A DNA stretch of 64,000 nt, taken from contig NC_057746.1 of the NCBI RefSeq assembly GCF_004010195.1, forward strand, positions 24,535,241 to 24,599,240, in the 5' to 3' direction. The notes under the pieces are model-generated. The model was not told the origin of the DNA. It searched no databases and worked only from the letters and a program-made list of their open reading frames with translations. Source of the DNA: Chiloscyllium plagiosum (taxonomy: Eukaryota). Positions 60,179 to 64,000 of the stretch are shown piece by piece. The translations under genes and the position numbers were made by a program. Each line of letters starts with the position of its first letter. The first letter of the stretch is position 1.

Positions 60179-62330
60179 CTTGTTTTGTGTCTTTTCAATT
60201 TTGATGGATGGTTTGTGATTAGTAGGTTTATACCTTTTTACTTTTGTGTTTAAAATCTTTGAATGTTGCTAAAACTGGTTTATTATTTTCCAAGTTGATT
60301 TTCTTTTGTTAATAAACTTGTATTTTATTGTTAATGCATAATCTGCAACATTGTACGCTTATATTTCAGCAAGGGCCCACTCTGTTAAAACCAAAACAAA
60401 TACAACTTTGATCTAACCAGCCGGGTTTGGGATCTGACTTGTCCAGTAATATCAAGTCGGGAGGTGGGGGGGCATCTTAGCAGGACGTTTGAATTCACTA
60501 GCTTTAAGGGGGATTGGTACCTTTCTTGTTAAAATAACAGACACGGAAGGTGGTTCTGGGACATAAAGCAGGTGTGAATTACGTTGAAAGTAGCTGTAAA
60601 AACAAAATCTTGTAAGGATGAGGTGCTTCAAGTCATTCTACAATATTTAGCACTTGGAATAGAGAAATCTGAAATTGGGAAGTTCCAGCTGGACTTAGAT
60701 ACAGTTAGAAAGTAAATACAAAAGGACTTAGAGAGAAATTTAAAGACTTGAAATGGAAAGAAGGAAGAGAAAAGAGCAGAGAGAAATGGAATTAAGAAAG
60801 TTTGAACATCAAAGAGATAAGAAAATTAGAGAACATGATGAATCAAGTGAAAACTTTAGAATAAAGAAGAAAGAAAGAGTTTGTAGCTCAAGTGACTATT
60901 CTGATTCCAGTGAGGGATTTGAATTAACCAATTAACACCACGAGGATGGTGTCAAAAGGCATTTTATCTAATTTCAGAAGGTAGCCAGACAGATGAGGTG
61001 CCAAAAGATATTCAGGGCCTTAATACCACAGAGAGCTTTGAACAGATACAGCTATGACTGTATGTCAGTTTGTCAGTAGAACAAATTGCAGTGAATGAAG
61101 TTGTCAAATAGGCAATACTCAATGCTTATGAGTTTGTCCTGAAGCTTATCAACTAAACTTTAGGACAGTAAGAAAGAAACCTAATCAGATATTTGTGGAA
61201 TTTACAAGGAAGAAAGAAAAGCTGTGGGTGAGATCTGATTTAGATCACTCAAGCTAGAGGAATAAAAAAATCTGAGAATGTAAGGAAAATTATGATCATG
61301 GAAGAATTCAGAAAAAAAAAAGCTTATTTAGATGAGTGTCAAGTATGAAAGATCAGAGAAGCTGCAGCTCTGGCAGATACCTGCTATATCTCCTATGATT
61401 ACAAATGGGGAAATGGTCAAAATCTATCTAAGGAAATTGACAAGAGTAGAAAATCTGTGGATGGAAGAAGTATTTGTTTTAGAGAAGACAAAAGGATATC
61501 AAAATTTATAAAAAGGAGACATAAAAAGTAAAGAAATTAGCGTGCTTTCACTGTAATAATACTGGACCAAAGCCAACTGCTGGAAATTGAATGTGAGACC
61601 AATTGCAGTGTAGGAAAATCTAAGGCGTCTTCATACAAGGATGTAACAGGAAAGGATGTGGGTACTAAAACTGTAGCAGTGGCAAAAAGAGATCTTTCCT
61701 TGGAATGGACTCAGAAGAGATAGATGGCTGAGGACATTCATTAAGTATATATTTCAAAGACTGACGAGGAAAATCAGATTGCTGGAGGCTCCGAATATTT
61801 TGTCTCAGAAGAGGAGGCACTTTTTATGCTTCAAATCAAGGAGATAAACCAAAAAATGATATTTAGGGCACTGAGCCACTGATGTTGATTGATAATGTTA
61901 TTTGTCTTTCAGAGGGTTGATGAAGTAGGAGCTGTTCACTGGAGGTATACATAGAGGTTACATACCAATTTCATCATATTGAATTGACTAGATAAGTGGA
62001 AAAATGTCAGTCAGAGTAGTGAAACAAGTTTTCATAGAGGGAACTGATTTTATTTTGGGAAAGATCTGGCAGCTTCAAAATGATTACCTTCACCAAGCAT
62101 GGTAGATCACCAATGGAAGTCAACGAAACTGAAATGATACGGAAAAATTACTGGATTGCTTCCTGACCATGTTGTGTCTCAATCTCAGGTTCAAAAAATC
62201 GGACAGGAAGATAAGGAGTCTATGAAACAGGGAATATTTTGAAAACTCAGTTATTGGAAACTATCTGAGAAAATTTCACGAAAAAGGGTGAAGACAAAGA
62301 GAGAAGGCTGTTATGTTTAACCCTTTGTAT

Positions 62331-62955
62331 TGTGACGATACTGTGGCTCTCAGCAGTATGTTTTGTTCTGGTTTATTTTAAAGAGTGATTGGGGTCAGGT
62401 GTTCAGCAGTCTATGAGAAGCTAACAACTTGAGAAGCCTTGTGTTTTTAAAAGGTTAGAACAGTAGAAGCAGCCTGAGTGGATATGATCAAACTCTCACA
62501 GATCAAATGTTTTGAATTAGCTTTCAGCAGTTGCTGCTGTTGGGCTTGAAGAAGTGGAAGCTATTTTTCTCTTTCTTAATTGCAGCCAAAAACTGGGTTT
62601 CTCTTCATAGGCTGCTGGGTTGCATATGAGATGAAATCTGTTTTCTGAATTTGCCTTTTTGCCAGAGAGTATGGTTATGGAATGTTACTATATTGGAACA
62701 GTAAATTAGTAATAGTTACTGTATCTATTATTCTGCTAGGTTTTCCAGTACAGTTAAGTTATACTAAGTTATTTCTTTTGTTGTATTTTATCTATGGTGT
62801 TTGAATAAATCGTATTTTTCTTAACATCAAGTAGTTTGACCAGTTGCATTGCATCTGGAACACAGCACTTTACATTTGCCTTTAAAATAAGAAAAAGTTA
62901 GGGTCTAGGCTACCTTCTTAAATATTTTGAGGGGGATCTGGTCTGGTCCACAACA
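62331..62955 (+). mobile_element. Solo LTR inserted in the Gypsy pol region
   Basis: TGTGACGATAC..ggtctggtccacaaCA with TG..CA termini, flanks gtat/gtct (degenerate 4-bp TSD), colinear with 28260-28895. Confidence 0.8.
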
Positions 62956-63540
62956 GTCTTTAATAGAAATGCGACAAAGACTTAGAATTGAAAGAGTTAT
63001 ACCAAACAACCTACTCATAAACTGATTCAAAAAAGACACCTGGGAGTTATTCCAAGAAAAACAAAGTCTTAATGAGGAAAGGTAGACCAATTCAAATACA
63101 ATCCAAAAGCCAATGAGGAATGGGCAGTGATCCATCAGGTGGAAGTTCCATGAAAGCACGGGAATGTAATTTTATGAGTGGTTCAAAAATTCCAATTTTA
63201 GATCACTTGCATATTAGGAAAACACAGACTAAAATACTAAAGCATTTTTATTGGCCAGGATTTCACAAAGATATAGTCAATGTTTGTCAGACATGCCACA
63301 CATGTCAAATAGTGAAGAAAACCTAGCCTTCAATTAAATAATTAATAATGCCAATATAAACTTTCAAAGAACCATTTAACAGGGTTCTACCCCGACCTTG
63401 AACTAAAACCAGGAATGGGGACCAATATCTTTTAAAGATTACAGTTATTTACATAAGATTTCCTGAAACAGTGGAAAAATTACTGTGTCAGTGCTAGTGG
63501 AAAAGTTAGTTCAATCTTTATAAGATATAGATTACCCAAA

Positions 63541-63750
63541 GGGGTGGTATGTCTATGGAATGAACTACCAGATGAAGTGGTGGAGGCTAGTACAATTGCA
63601 ATATTTAAAAGGCATGGATGGGTACATGAATAGGAAGGGTTTGCAGGGATATGGGCAGGTAGGACTAGATTGGGTTGGGATATCTGGTCAGCATGGACGG
63701 GTTGGACTGAAGGGTCTGTTTCCATGCTGTGCATCTCTATGATTCTATGA
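63541..63750 (+). mobile_element. CR1 LINE 3' end inserted in the Gypsy integrase
   Basis: WNELPDEVVEASTIAIFKRH C-terminus and tail gggttggactgaagggtctgtttccatgctgt..tctatgattctatga. Confidence 0.88.
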
Positions 63751-64000
63751 ATCTAAAGACAATCAGGTCAAAGCTCAAATTCAATGTCATAGAGATTTAA
63801 AGAAATGAAGAATAATTTGGGAATAAAACAATTTGCATCGTCCACAATTGTAAGGTGCATTGGAATAATAACATCAAACCTTGAAGGCTATGGTTAGAGC
63901 TTATTCCCAAGAATGTACTAATGATCGGGATAAGGGAATTCCTTTGTTACTGTTTGCTACTAGGAATGTTCCTAACGAATCCACAGGATTTAGTCCAAAG

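Larger units (their letters stand above)
59340..64000 (+). mobile_element. Decayed Gmr1-like Ty3/Gypsy LTR retrotransposon (putative 5' LTR, gag, protease, integrase), truncated by the window end
   Basis: gag YFI.FQKVARQM and AILNAYE..PEAY..FR..RKKPNQ.FVEF (60960-61220), knuckle CFHCNNTG..KANCWK (about 61543), protease tail GTDFILG.DLA (about 62040), integrase HLHIRKT..ILKHFYWPGFHKDIVNVCQTCHTCQ (63200-63310), GALE..HQTLKAMVRAY..DKGIPLLLFATRNVPNESTGFSP (63850-64000). The 5' LTR boundary is uncertain. Confidence 0.8.

Noticed and set aside
1-64000. Known microRNAs of MHC paralogons (miR-219, miR-181, miR-199)
   Set aside because: I did not see the mature sequences on either strand by eye. This was not an exhaustive search, and a miRBase/Rfam scan would be decisive.

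Overview
Eukaryotic (vertebrate) genomic DNA, almost certainly from a shark/elasmobranch, judged by HE1-type V-SINEs, CR1 LINEs sharing their 3' tail, Deu-domain SINEs and Penelope-like elements. It is draft assembly with three N gaps (25-90, 3978-4426, 22504-23342). There is one clear host gene: a + strand BTB/POZ + 3 zinc-finger protein of the ZBTB43/ZBTB22 subfamily. Its CDS is in one exon (13565-15136, 523 aa), with a CpG-island promoter and candidate first exon near 6.6-7.1 kb and a poly(A) signal at 16250. A second, unidentified gene probably ends convergently on the - strand (terminal exon/3'UTR about 49820-50557). The rest is repeat-rich: a scrambled class I (HERV-I-like) endogenous retrovirus at 91-1650, a Rex1/Babar LINE with nested insertions, many CR1 fragments, seven V-SINEs, a set of short fold-back Penelope-derived insertions with target-site duplications and minimal hammerhead-ribozyme cores, a 27-bp satellite (39.7-47.5 kb) with higher-order structure, solo LTRs, and a decayed Gmr1-like Gypsy element running off the right end. 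I found no convincing wholly new biological system. The best candidates for follow-up are the hammerhead-bearing hairpin insertions, the identity of the ZBTB paralogue and its C-terminal PxDLS duplication, the CGGAA-rich promoter minisatellite and the rearranged ERV. Family assignments come from recognising motifs from memory, not from database searches, and repeat boundaries are approximate.
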